From Delftia acidovorans NBRC 14950 (lineage in GTDB: Bacteria > Pseudomonadota > Gammaproteobacteria > Burkholderiales > Burkholderiaceae_C): DNA of 32,000 nt. This document shows, in pieces, positions 19,000 to 26,560 of the stretch (the stretch's first letter is position 1; the number at the start of each line of letters is the position of its first letter). The stretch is from positions 1 to 32,000 of the forward strand of contig NZ_BCZP01000018.1 of assembly GCF_001598795.1 (NCBI RefSeq). Reading direction: 5' to 3'. The notes beneath the pieces were generated by a model that was given only the letters and a program-made list of their open reading frames with translations, was not told the DNA's origin and did not search any database. The position numbers and the translations under genes were made by a program.

Positions 19000-19374
19000 A
19001 TGAAACCTTCCGAAGCGCTGGCTTTGAACCGTACCGGGATTGGCCATGTGGTCGAGTCCCACCGTGCGACCCTGATGGATGAGGCCGCCATCCAGGAGGA
19101 ACTGCAGCGCCTGCTGGGCGTGTCGGTCAATGGGCTGACGCCCAGTGCCTTGCCGGAGGCCTTCCGCAGCCAGGTGCTGGCCGAGGCGCTGCCGATGTGG
19201 GCAAGGCATTGCGCGCCAACGTTCCTTCCTGATGAATCGGCAAGTGGACGGCATCTGCCGCAAACCTGCGATAGATACCTGACCAAGCACCTTCATTGCG
19301 GGTATCGCGGGCAGCCTTCCTCTCTCAGCTCCCCAGCGCCCCGCGCACGGCAGCGCGCTCTCCCATGCGCTTGA
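19000..19374 (+). CDS. Questionable ORF or gene remnant (124 aa)
   Basis: ATG 19000 preceded by GAGGAA. The first 70 or so codons have a coding-like GC3 bias, which then decays. The 3' end overlaps the GST gene by 50 nt. Confidence 0.25.
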   Translation: MKPSEALALNRTGIGHVVESHRATLMDEAAIQEELQRLLGVSVNGLTPSALPEAFRSQVLAEALPMWARHCAPTFLPDESASGRHLPQTCDRYLTKHLHCGYRGQPSSLSSPAPRARQRALPCA

Positions 19375-19945
19375 AATGCGCCTGCACCTTGGGGAAACCG
19401 GCGATGTCCACGCCGTCGCCTTCCAGCCAGCCGGCAATGGTGAACAGATAGGCGTCGGCCACGGAATAGTCCGAGCCCAGCACCCAGGGGGCATCGCCCA
19501 GGTAATGGCGCTCGATCACGCCAAAGCATTCGGCCATGTTGGCTGCCACCTTGCGCTGCATGGAGGCAATGGCCGCTTCGTCATCGGCCCAGCGGCCTGC
19601 GCGGCGCCCGTGGGCGTGGGCCACGTGCACGGTGGAGGACAGGTAGCTGTGGAAATCCTGCATGTGGGCAAAGGCATACGCATCGTCGAGCGGGGCGAGC
19701 CGGGCCTCGGGGAAGCGGCGCGCAACGTAGGCCAGCAGGGCCGGCGTTTCGGTGAGCACGCCGCGCTCGGTCACCAGGGCGGGCACGCGGCCCTTGGGAT
19801 TGATGGCCAGGTATTCGGGGCTGCGCTGCTCGCCCTTGGGGAAGTCGAGCTTGATGACTTCGTGCGGCGCATTGGCTTCGATCAGGGCGATGCGGGTGGC
19901 CAGGGCGCAGGTGCCGGGCGCGTAGTAGAGCTTGAGGGTGGTCAT
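19325..19945 (-). CDS. Glutathione S-transferase (beta-class-like)
   Basis: 206 aa. MTTLKLYYAPGTCALATRIALIEA...EYLAINPKGRVPAL... has the typical GstA-like thioredoxin-fold N-domain and helical C-domain. Confidence 0.9.
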   Translation of the reverse strand: MTTLKLYYAPGTCALATRIALIEANAPHEVIKLDFPKGEQRSPEYLAINPKGRVPALVTERGVLTETPALLAYVARRFPEARLAPLDDAYAFAHMQDFHSYLSSTVHVAHAHGRRAGRWADDEAAIASMQRKVAANMAECFGVIERHYLGDAPWVLGSDYSVADAYLFTIAGWLEGDGVDIAGFPKVQAHFKRMGERAAVRGALGS

Positions 19946-20118
19946 GAAAGAGACGGGTAGGGGTGGGATACGGGCAGATTCTGCCGTCGGCGCCGATGGC
20001 CGGACCGGCCCTCCAACTTAGTGCGTATTGCAGGGGCGTGCAAGCGGCATCTGCGTCTTTGCTTATGCCGGTCCGGGGTGTTACAGCGCCCGGCTTCCTG
20101 TCCTGTCGAAAGGAGCCG

Positions 20119-20376
20119 TCAATCGCCGGCCGGGTCACTGCCCTGACCGATCACCTTCATGCGCTTCTCCACATCCTTGATCAATGCAGACGGCGTGATG
20201 TCCAGGGCATCGCAAAGCTGAAACAGCATGCGGATGCTTGGGCTGTTGCGGCCCAACTCTATCAACGACACATAGGAACGGTCCATGTCTGCGCGCAGAG
20301 CCAAGTCTGTCTGCGACCAATTGCGCTTTGTTCTCAGGCTGCGCAGCGCCTGTCCGAATGCCTGATCTGGTTCCAC
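20119..20376 (-). CDS. XRE (Cro/C1-type) helix-turn-helix transcriptional regulator, 85 aa
   Basis: FGQALRSLRTKRNWSQTDLALRADMDRSYVSLIELGRNSPSIRMLFQLCDAL is a canonical HTH_XRE pattern. GTG start. Local GC is lower than in the flanks. Confidence 0.88.
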   Translation of the reverse strand: MEPDQAFGQALRSLRTKRNWSQTDLALRADMDRSYVSLIELGRNSPSIRMLFQLCDALDITPSALIKDVEKRMKVIGQGSDPAGD

Positions 20377-20381
20377 GTTGC

Positions 20382-20401
20382 TTGCTCAAAATATTCAGCA
20401 A
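20382..20401. promoter_or_regulatory. Operator-like imperfect palindrome, site 1
   Basis: TTGCTCAAAATATTCAGCAA (TTGCT-N10-AGCAA), 5 nt upstream of the XRE start codon. 17/20 identical to site 2. Confidence 0.6.
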
Positions 20402-20425
20402 GGTTCGCTCTAGGCAATTGGTGAT

Positions 20426-20445
20426 TTGTTGAATATATTCAGCAA
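20426..20445. promoter_or_regulatory. Operator-like palindrome, site 2
   Basis: TTGTTGAATATATTCAGCAA with a perfectly palindromic core TGAATATATTCA. Its centre lies 44 bp from the centre of site 1, in the XRE / Cys-rich-ORF divergent region. Confidence 0.6.
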
Positions 20446-20539
20446 AATCATTGGCTTCGATAGATTGAGCCAAATATGTTGGCGCGCGCCAAAAAAGCCT
20501 TGGCAAGAGTTCACGCAAATCAGGGGGAGGACGTAGTCA

Positions 20540-20950
20540 ATGCACCAATGCAACTGCGACGGCGCAATGCCATGCGATTGCGAAGAGCAGGTCAACGATG
20601 CGCTGTGCCAGATGGGCGCTGCACTGAGCGTGCTGGAGATGCATGCCGAGCGCGTGCAAAGCCCGGAAATCTCTGCTATCCGTGATCTGCTGCACCGCTA
20701 CCACGAAGAGGCCCACCATGCGGCGGGCCTGGTGCACATGGCCGCGCCGGTGGTCTGCCTGCTGAACGATCTGTCTCTGAACCTGCGGCGGATCATCGCC
20801 CTGGTCGGGCGGCTCCATGGCGACGACAACGACGATCCCATCCTCTACGCGGTGAGCTATCTGTTGCTGTCCGCCAGGCGTTTTGCCGAGGGCGGGGCCT
20901 GCACGGAGGCCCTCCTGGCCGGCAGCAATGGCCGCGCCGAGAACCAGTAA
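20540..20950 (+). CDS. Hypothetical Cys/His-rich protein (136 aa)
   Basis: ATG 20540 preceded by GGGGGAGG. N-terminal CxCx5CxC (MHQCNCDGAMPCDCE), a His-rich helical middle (HRYHEEAHHAAGLVHM), and no family recognised. Confidence 0.65.
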   Translation: MHQCNCDGAMPCDCEEQVNDALCQMGAALSVLEMHAERVQSPEISAIRDLLHRYHEEAHHAAGLVHMAAPVVCLLNDLSLNLRRIIALVGRLHGDDNDDPILYAVSYLLLSARRFAEGGACTEALLAGSNGRAENQ

Positions 20951-21001
20951 GCCGCAGCCACGGCCTCGCACCTAGAACCCGGCATCACACATCGGTGGCC
21001 G

Positions 21002-21047
21002 CTGGCCTGCCGCGCAATGCGTTGCATGCATCCAACGCCATCCGATC
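21002..21047 (+). repeat. 46-nt repeat, copy 1 (contains the hairpin GCGTTG-CATGCATC-CAACGC)
   Basis: ctggcctgccgcgcaatgcgttgcatgcatccaacgccatccgatcc is 42/46 identical, in direct orientation, to 25403-25448. Confidence 0.85.
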
Positions 21048-21216
21048 CAGACGAGCAGGTCCGCGATGCGCTGTGCCGGATGGAAGCCGCACCGAGCGTG
21101 CTGCAGATGCATGCCGAGTGGGCTGTCTGTTGCTGTCCGCCAGGCGTTGTTCCAAGAGCGGGGCCTGCATTGCTCCCGCTCTGGCGGGCAGCAATGGAGG
21201 CACTCAGAACCGATAG
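21017..21216 (+). pseudogene. Truncated, internally deleted paralogue of the 20540-20950 gene
   Basis: 21053-21118 aligns to 20585-20650 (58/66 nt; EQVRDALCRMEAAPSVLQMHAE vs EQVNDALCQMGAALSVLEMHAE). It then jumps about 208 nt and changes frame to align with 20859-20950 (LLLSARR...GAC...LAGSNG..QN). Confidence 0.65.
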
Positions 21217-23675
21217 GCCGCAGCCACACGCACCTCACGCCCGAAGCCCAGCGCGCAAAATTGCGCGCCGCCACGGAAGGTGTTGCATTGCGTGCGGTAC
21301 TGGCTGTCGGTGAGGTTGCTGAGGTTGACCGAGAAGCGCCACGGGCCGGTGGTGTAGGCGGCCATGGCGTCCCACAGCGTGTAGGCGTCGTTCATGGGGG
21401 TCTTCACGCCGTCCATGGGCAGCTCGCCAGGCGTGGCGCTGATGTGGCGCAGGCCCAGGCCCAGCTCCAGGGCGCCGCGCTGGTACTTGCCCCACAGCGA
21501 TGCGGCATGGCGCGGCGTGGCGCCGGGGCGCGCGCCGATCTCGATGGCGTTGTTGCTGCGCGTGACCCTGGAGTCGAGGTAGGTATAGGCCGCAATGGCC
21601 GAGAAGCCGCCGCCGATCTCGCCCTGGGCCTGCAGCTCCAGCCCCCGGTTGCGCACTTCGCCGGTCTGCACGTCGAAGCGAGGGTTGAGTGTGGATGGCG
21701 TGCGCACATTGCGCTTGCGCAGGTCGAACACGGCGGCGCTGAGCGTGTAGCCGGCCGATGGAGGCGCGTAGCGCAGGCCGGCCTCGAACTGGCGCGCGGT
21801 CTCGGGCTCGTAGGGCCTGCCGTTGGCGTCGGTGGCCGTGACCGTGGTCAGCGGCGGCTGGAAGGAGTTGTTGAAGGACACATAGGGAGCCAGGCCGCTG
21901 GGCGCCAGGTAGATCAGGCCCAGCCGCCCGGTGACGGCGCTGTCGGTGCGGCGCACGGTGGTGATGGCGAAGGGCGCGTTGGCTGCGGCGCGCGCGTCGT
22001 AGTCGGTGTCTATGCGTGCGCTGTCGCGGCGCAGGCCGGCGCTGAGCACCCAGCGCTCGCCGAACTTGATCTGGTCCTGCACGTACAGACCCGCCTGGTG
22101 CGTGCGGGCCAGCGCGCGGTCGCTGAGGTAGTTGTCATTCCAGTTCGGCGCGATGTGGATGGGGTTGACCAGGTCCAGCGGCGCCACGGCGCCGTTGAGC
22201 GAGTAGATGCGCCAGTCGAGCCTGGAGCGGTAGTAGTCGAAGCCCACGGCCCACTGGTGCGAGACGGCACCCGTCCGGTGGCGGCCTTCGATCTGCGTGT
22301 CCATGACCCAGGTCTGTTCGGCGTCGGGCCGCACCATGGCCAGGCGTGCCATGCCGCGCTGGTCGGCCGTCAGGCCCCGGTTGCGCATCTCGCGCCGGTC
22401 GTTGCGGCCGTCCAGGTAGCGCAGGTTGTTGCGCAGCGTGAGCTGGTCGTTCAGGCGGTGCTCCAGCAGCCAGCCCACGCTGGCATTGCGCTTGTGGTGG
22501 CCAGATCCCGGTCCGCTGACGTTGATGTCCGTGGCCGACCAGCCCGCAGGCGTCTGGCGGTAGTAGGGGATGACGAAGCCGGTTTCGTCCTCCTGATACT
22601 GCGCCAGCAGGGTGAGGCTGGTGCGCTCGCCCAACAGTGTGAAGGAGGGGGCGATGTAGCTGCGATCGGCGCGCAGGCCATTCCACTGCGTGCCCGATTC
22701 GCGCTTGAGCACGGTCAGCCGGGCCAGTGCCGTGCCCTGTTCATTGATGGCGCCACCGATGTCGGCCGTGAGCTGGCGCCGGTCGTGGCTGCCGAATTCC
22801 ACGCCCACTTCGCGCTGCATGCCGGCGCGCGGGCGCTTGGTGACGGCATTGATCAGGCCACCGGGCGCGGACTGGCCGTACAGCACCGAGGCCGGGCCGT
22901 GCACGACTTCCAGCCGCTCCAGCCCATATGGCTCCAGGTTGGTCATGAAGCCGTTGTGGACCATGCGCATGCCGTCGCGGTACAGGCCCGTGCCGGTCAG
23001 ATAGAAACCGCGCACGGCCACGTCGTCATCGGTGACGCCGTAGTCCATGGGACGCACGCCCGCGCTGTAGCGCACGGCCTCGGCCACGCTGGAGATGGCC
23101 TGGTCGCGGATCTGGGCCTCGCCGATGATGCTGACCTGCTGCGGCGTCTCCAGCAGCGGCACATCCATCTTCATGGCCGAGGCGCTGCGGCGCGGCGCGT
23201 AGCCGGGCACGGCGCCCCAGGCGCTTTCATGCTCGGCATCGGCCAGCACGTTCACGGTAGGCAGTGCATGCTCGGCCGCGGCCCCGGGCCGCGCACGGTG
23301 CACGGCCCAGCCGCCTTCGGCCGTGCGCGTGGCCTGCAGCTGGTGCGGGGCGAGCAGGGCGGCAAGCCCTTCTTGCAAGCCGCGCGTACCGCTCAGCGCC
23401 GCCGACTGTCGGCCCTGGACCAGGGCTGGATCGAACGAGAGGGTGATGCCTGCCTGGCGCGCAAGGCTGTGCAGGCTGGTCTCCAGATCACCGGCCGGCA
23501 GGTCGAACCGGATGGACCTGGCATCCGGGGCGGAGCTCGGGCTCTGGGCCAGAGCGGTCGCTGGCAGGCCCAGCGTGATCAACAGGCCCAGCGCCAAGGC
23601 CTGCGTGGCCAGGGCCGTGGGGCGTGTGCAGGAGGGCGGATGGGCAGCGTGGCGGGTACTGGGCAGGCTGGGCAT
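21204..23675 (-). CDS. TonB-dependent siderophore receptor with N-terminal signalling (STN) domain (FecA/FpvA-type transducer)
   Basis: 823 aa. Signal peptide, STN-like segment IRFDLPAGDLETSLHSLARQAGITLSFDPALV, TonB box LPTVNV, plug and barrel motifs, and a terminal ...RVAAAYRF. Confidence 0.95.
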   Translation of the reverse strand: MPSLPSTRHAAHPPSCTRPTALATQALALGLLITLGLPATALAQSPSSAPDARSIRFDLPAGDLETSLHSLARQAGITLSFDPALVQGRQSAALSGTRGLQEGLAALLAPHQLQATRTAEGGWAVHRARPGAAAEHALPTVNVLADAEHESAWGAVPGYAPRRSASAMKMDVPLLETPQQVSIIGEAQIRDQAISSVAEAVRYSAGVRPMDYGVTDDDVAVRGFYLTGTGLYRDGMRMVHNGFMTNLEPYGLERLEVVHGPASVLYGQSAPGGLINAVTKRPRAGMQREVGVEFGSHDRRQLTADIGGAINEQGTALARLTVLKRESGTQWNGLRADRSYIAPSFTLLGERTSLTLLAQYQEDETGFVIPYYRQTPAGWSATDINVSGPGSGHHKRNASVGWLLEHRLNDQLTLRNNLRYLDGRNDRREMRNRGLTADQRGMARLAMVRPDAEQTWVMDTQIEGRHRTGAVSHQWAVGFDYYRSRLDWRIYSLNGAVAPLDLVNPIHIAPNWNDNYLSDRALARTHQAGLYVQDQIKFGERWVLSAGLRRDSARIDTDYDARAAANAPFAITTVRRTDSAVTGRLGLIYLAPSGLAPYVSFNNSFQPPLTTVTATDANGRPYEPETARQFEAGLRYAPPSAGYTLSAAVFDLRKRNVRTPSTLNPRFDVQTGEVRNRGLELQAQGEIGGGFSAIAAYTYLDSRVTRSNNAIEIGARPGATPRHAASLWGKYQRGALELGLGLRHISATPGELPMDGVKTPMNDAYTLWDAMAAYTTGPWRFSVNLSNLTDSQYRTQCNTFRGGAQFCALGFGREVRVAAAYRF

Positions 23676-23777
23676 GGAGGCAGTCCTTGAGAAACGGCAA
23701 AGGAAAAAGCGATGTCTTTGCTCCTATGCCGAACGGGCGGTGTGAAACCCGTAATGACTGCCTGAAAAAATTCCGGA

Positions 23778-24815
23778 TCAGGCTTTGACCAGGCGCATGG
23801 CGCTGTGGGCACCGCTGGCTGCTCCTTGTCCGCGCTCCACACGCACAGGCAGCGTGCGGGCAATGGCGGCCAGCGCACGACCCGCCGGATCCGGCCCGTC
23901 CAGCTGGAATACGCCTGAAACATGCAGGGCAGCCACGTCGTCGGCGCATTCCATGGGAATGCCGGTCTGGCGTGACAGCTCGGTCACGAAGGCGTCCAGG
24001 CGCATGCGGCGGGCGACCAGTACGCCGTCGGTCCATGCGTCGGGCACCAGGCCTTCGTCGGGCAGGCGCACAGGGCGGTGCTGGCCGGCGTGCAGCACAT
24101 GGGTTTCGCCGGAGGTGGCGACGATGGCGTCCAGGGGGCCTGGCGCAGTGCCGTCCAGCGCCCTGACATGGATGGCCACGCGGCCCTCGGTGACGTACAG
24201 GCGCGTGGCCGTGTCCGGGTGTTTTTCGTGGCGCACGCCGAAGCTGGTGCCCAGGGCCTCGAAGCGGGCCAGCGGCGTTTCCACCCAGAAGGAGCGTCGG
24301 CCCGCGAGGGAGCGCGGGTCGCTGCCGGTGTCGATGAAGATCTCGCCGCGTGCCAGGCGGACCACGCGGCGCAGCAAGGTGAAATCCACCTGCACCAGCG
24401 TGTCCGGTGCCAGGTGCAGGCGGCTGCCGTCGGCCAGCAGGGTGCTGCGGCGCTCACCGATGGCCGTGTCCAGCGCGATCTGCTCGCGCGGTGCAGCCCA
24501 ACGCCATGCCATGGATCCCAGCAGCAGGGCCGCGGGGCCCAGGAACAGCAGCCGCTGCAGGCTTGCGCGCCGGCCTCGCGCCGGACCTGGACCAGCGGAC
24601 CGCAGGACGCCGTGGGCCAGTCCCGCCTGGCCGGCGGGCAGGGCGAACTGGGCCTCCACCGCCTGGACCTGTTGCCAGGCCTGTTCGTGCGCGGCGTGGC
24701 TGCTGCGCCATGCCTGGCAGGCGGCGCGGTCGGCATCGGTGGCCGTGCCGGAGGCCAGCCGCACGGCCCAGGCAATGGCCTGTTCCAGCGCCTGGGGGGC
24801 CTGGTCCGTGCTCAC
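23778..24815 (-). CDS. fecR: FecR-family anti-sigma factor / signal transducer
   Basis: Start chosen at the GTG (track residue V26), which overlaps the fecI stop (GTGA). The N-terminus ALEQAIAWAVRLASGTATDADRAACQAWRSSHAAHEQAWQQVQAV matches the FecR pattern, with a single TM segment and a periplasmic domain. Confidence 0.88.
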   Translation of the reverse strand: MSTDQAPQALEQAIAWAVRLASGTATDADRAACQAWRSSHAAHEQAWQQVQAVEAQFALPAGQAGLAHGVLRSAGPGPARGRRASLQRLLFLGPAALLLGSMAWRWAAPREQIALDTAIGERRSTLLADGSRLHLAPDTLVQVDFTLLRRVVRLARGEIFIDTGSDPRSLAGRRSFWVETPLARFEALGTSFGVRHEKHPDTATRLYVTEGRVAIHVRALDGTAPGPLDAIVATSGETHVLHAGQHRPVRLPDEGLVPDAWTDGVLVARRMRLDAFVTELSRQTGIPMECADDVAALHVSGVFQLDGPDPAGRALAAIARTLPVRVERGQGAASGAHSAMRLVKA

Positions 24816-25327
24816 GCCGTCAGTTCCTTGCGCAGGGCAAGGCAGTGGCGTATGGCGGTGGCCATGTATTTCTCGACGGAGCTCAGGCACACGCCCAGCT
24901 GCAGGGCGATTTCCGGGTAGCTCAGGCCTTCCAGGCGAGAGAGCAGAAAGGCGCTGCGGGCCTTGGGCGGCAGGCCGGCCAGCAGGTTGTCCATGCGCAC
25001 CAGGGATTCGATCAGCAGATGGCGCTCCTCGGCCGAGGGCGCCAGCGGCTCGGGCAGGCTGGCGATGGCGTCCAGGCAGGCGCGCTCCAGCGCGGCGCGG
25101 CGGGTGTGGTCCACGACCAGGCCGTGGGCGATGGTGGTGAGCCAGGCGCGCGGCTCGCGCACGCCATGCAGGGACTGGGGCTTGCCCAGCACGCGAACGA
25201 AGGTGTCCTGGGCCAGGTCGGTCGCATCGCAGGGATTGCCCAGCCTGCGCCTGAGCCAGCCCACCAGCCAGCCGTGGTGGTCGCTGTAGAGCAGGGCGAT
25301 GTCGGGGTGCGAAGGCGCGGCGGCCAT
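24812..25327 (-). CDS. fecI: ECF sigma factor, FecI-type (iron-starvation group)
   Basis: Start at MAAAPSHPDIALLYSDHHGWLVGWLRRRL (ATG 25325-25327). Collinear with E. coli FecI (..LYGTHHGWLKSWLTRKL.. DIAQDTFLRV ... LSYSEIA..LGVS.SSVKKY). Confidence 0.92.
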   Translation of the reverse strand: MAAAPSHPDIALLYSDHHGWLVGWLRRRLGNPCDATDLAQDTFVRVLGKPQSLHGVREPRAWLTTIAHGLVVDHTRRAALERACLDAIASLPEPLAPSAEERHLLIESLVRMDNLLAGLPPKARSAFLLSRLEGLSYPEIALQLGVCLSSVEKYMATAIRHCLALRKELTA

Positions 25328-25354
25328 GGGGCGGGTTCCTGGGAATGCGGATTT

Positions 25355-25373
25355 GATAATGATTCGCATTCTA
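25355..25373. promoter_or_regulatory. Candidate Fur box upstream of fecI
   Basis: GATAATGATTCGCATTCTA matches GATAATGATAATCATTATC at 14/19 positions, with the first 9 nt perfect. It lies 28 nt upstream of the fecI ATG in an AT-rich divergent region. Confidence 0.55.
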
Positions 25374-25402
25374 TTTGAGCAATGGCTGCAGCCTGCCCGC
25401 AA

Positions 25403-25448
25403 CTGGCCCGCCGCGCAATGCGTTGCATGCATCCAACGCGATCCGGCC
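25403..25448 (+). repeat. 46-nt repeat, copy 2
   Basis: ctggcccgccgcgcaatgcgttgcatgcatccaacgcgatccggcc; see copy 1. It lies upstream of fecI, so the two copies bracket the fec-type module. Confidence 0.85.
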
Positions 25449-25557
25449 ATGCGGGGCTGCGCACCTTCGGGTTTGAGCTAGGACAAGATCGGCCACGTCC
25501 GCCCCTGATGCAATACAGCTACGGGATTTGCCCCGGGCTACTCCAAGACTCTCCATC

Positions 25558-26172
25558 ATGAAAAGAACTCTGCTCGCCGTTGCTGCCGTTTGCGCCCTGT
25601 CGTCGGGTGCCGCGTTTGCGCAGCAGGCCGAAGGCCCCTGGATGGTGCGCGTGCGCGCCGTGAATCTGGACAGCGCCAACAAGGACAGCACGGGTCTGGG
25701 TCTGTCGATCAACAACAAGTGGATGCCCGAACTGGACGTGTCCTACTTCTTCACGCCCAACATCGCTGCCGAGCTGGTGCTGACCTACCCGCAAAAGCAC
25801 GACCTGCGTGCCAACGGCCTGGGCCAGATCGGCAGCCTCAAGCACCTGCCGCCCACGCTGCTGGCGCAATACCACTTCACCAATTTCGGCGCCTTCAAGC
25901 CCTACGTCGGCGCCGGTGTGAACTACACCCGCTTTTCGAGCGTGAGCTTCAACCCTGCCGTGCAGGCCGCGCTGAACCCCTCGATCAAGAAGAACAGTTT
26001 CGGCGGCGCGCTGCAGATCGGTTTCGACTACGCGCTGGACAAGAACTGGTCGCTGAATTTCGACGTGAAGAAGGTCTTCATTGAAACGGACGTGAGCTCC
26101 GCCGGCACCAAGGTGGGCACCTTCAAGGTGAACCCGGTGCTGGTCGGTGTGGGACTGGGCTATCGCTTCTGA
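25558..26172 (+). CDS. ompW: OmpW family outer-membrane protein
   Basis: Start at MKRTLLAVAAVCALSSGAAFA (signal peptide). It shows WMVRVRA..., KPYVGAGVNYTRF, and a terminal GVGLGYRF typical of 8-stranded OmpW barrels. Confidence 0.92.
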   Translation: MKRTLLAVAAVCALSSGAAFAQQAEGPWMVRVRAVNLDSANKDSTGLGLSINNKWMPELDVSYFFTPNIAAELVLTYPQKHDLRANGLGQIGSLKHLPPTLLAQYHFTNFGAFKPYVGAGVNYTRFSSVSFNPAVQAALNPSIKKNSFGGALQIGFDYALDKNWSLNFDVKKVFIETDVSSAGTKVGTFKVNPVLVGVGLGYRF

Positions 26173-26243
26173 TCTCCGGATCATGAGTGAGGCACGCGCT
26201 GCTTCATCCGGCAGCGCGTAGTGAGGCAAGGATGGGTACTTGG

Positions 26244-26278
26244 TCCGGTATGCCGTTCGCGGCATACCGGATTTTTTT
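26244..26278 (+). terminator. Rho-independent terminator after ompW
   Basis: TCCGGTATGCCG-TTCG-CGGCATACCGGA (perfect 12-bp stem) followed by TTTTTTT. Confidence 0.92.
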
Positions 26279-26560
26279 CGTCCGAACCGGCGCTTTCGCC
26301 TGCTGCGGACATGCTGCGGCGCACCACCGGACAGGTCACGAAAAAATCACGCGCGGTGGAAACTGTCCTACCCGCATGCCATGGGCAGGCGCCTAGGCTG
26401 GTGCCTCGGCCTGCCGGTGCGAGTCTTGCGAGGCTCGCTTGCCGTTTGCAGGCGTCAGTCACCATTGGCTGTCCGCCCCTTGGCGACCGCGCCCTGCTGC
26501 AAGCCGGGATGCGGCATTCACCATGCTGCGGCGGGCGGCGCACAACGCGAGGCCCCCACC

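Noticed and set aside
18708-19286. N-terminal 193 codons of the 277-aa minus ORF 18453..19286
   Set aside because: Codon bias and GC drop upstream of 18707. A good SD plus ATG at 18705-18707 supports only the 84-aa product.
21066-23690. 874-aa + strand ORF across the TonB-dependent receptor
   Set aside because: It is an antisense artefact. The minus strand encodes a complete receptor with signal peptide, STN domain, TonB box and terminal Phe.
23740-23777. Possible FecI-dependent promoter GGAAT-N18-CGGGT upstream of the receptor gene
   Set aside because: The spacing and the -10 element do not match any ECF consensus I can recall with confidence. It is too weak to call.
21002-25448. Interpreting the repeat-flanked fec module as a transposon or integrative element
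   Set aside because: There is no transposase, integrase or recombinase, no terminal inverted repeats and no tRNA target. I kept it as a finding on direct repeats only.
26240-26560. Upstream extension of the egtD ORF (track start 26240)
   Set aside because: It would begin inside the strong ompW terminator hairpin and adds over 100 residues absent from EgtD homologues.
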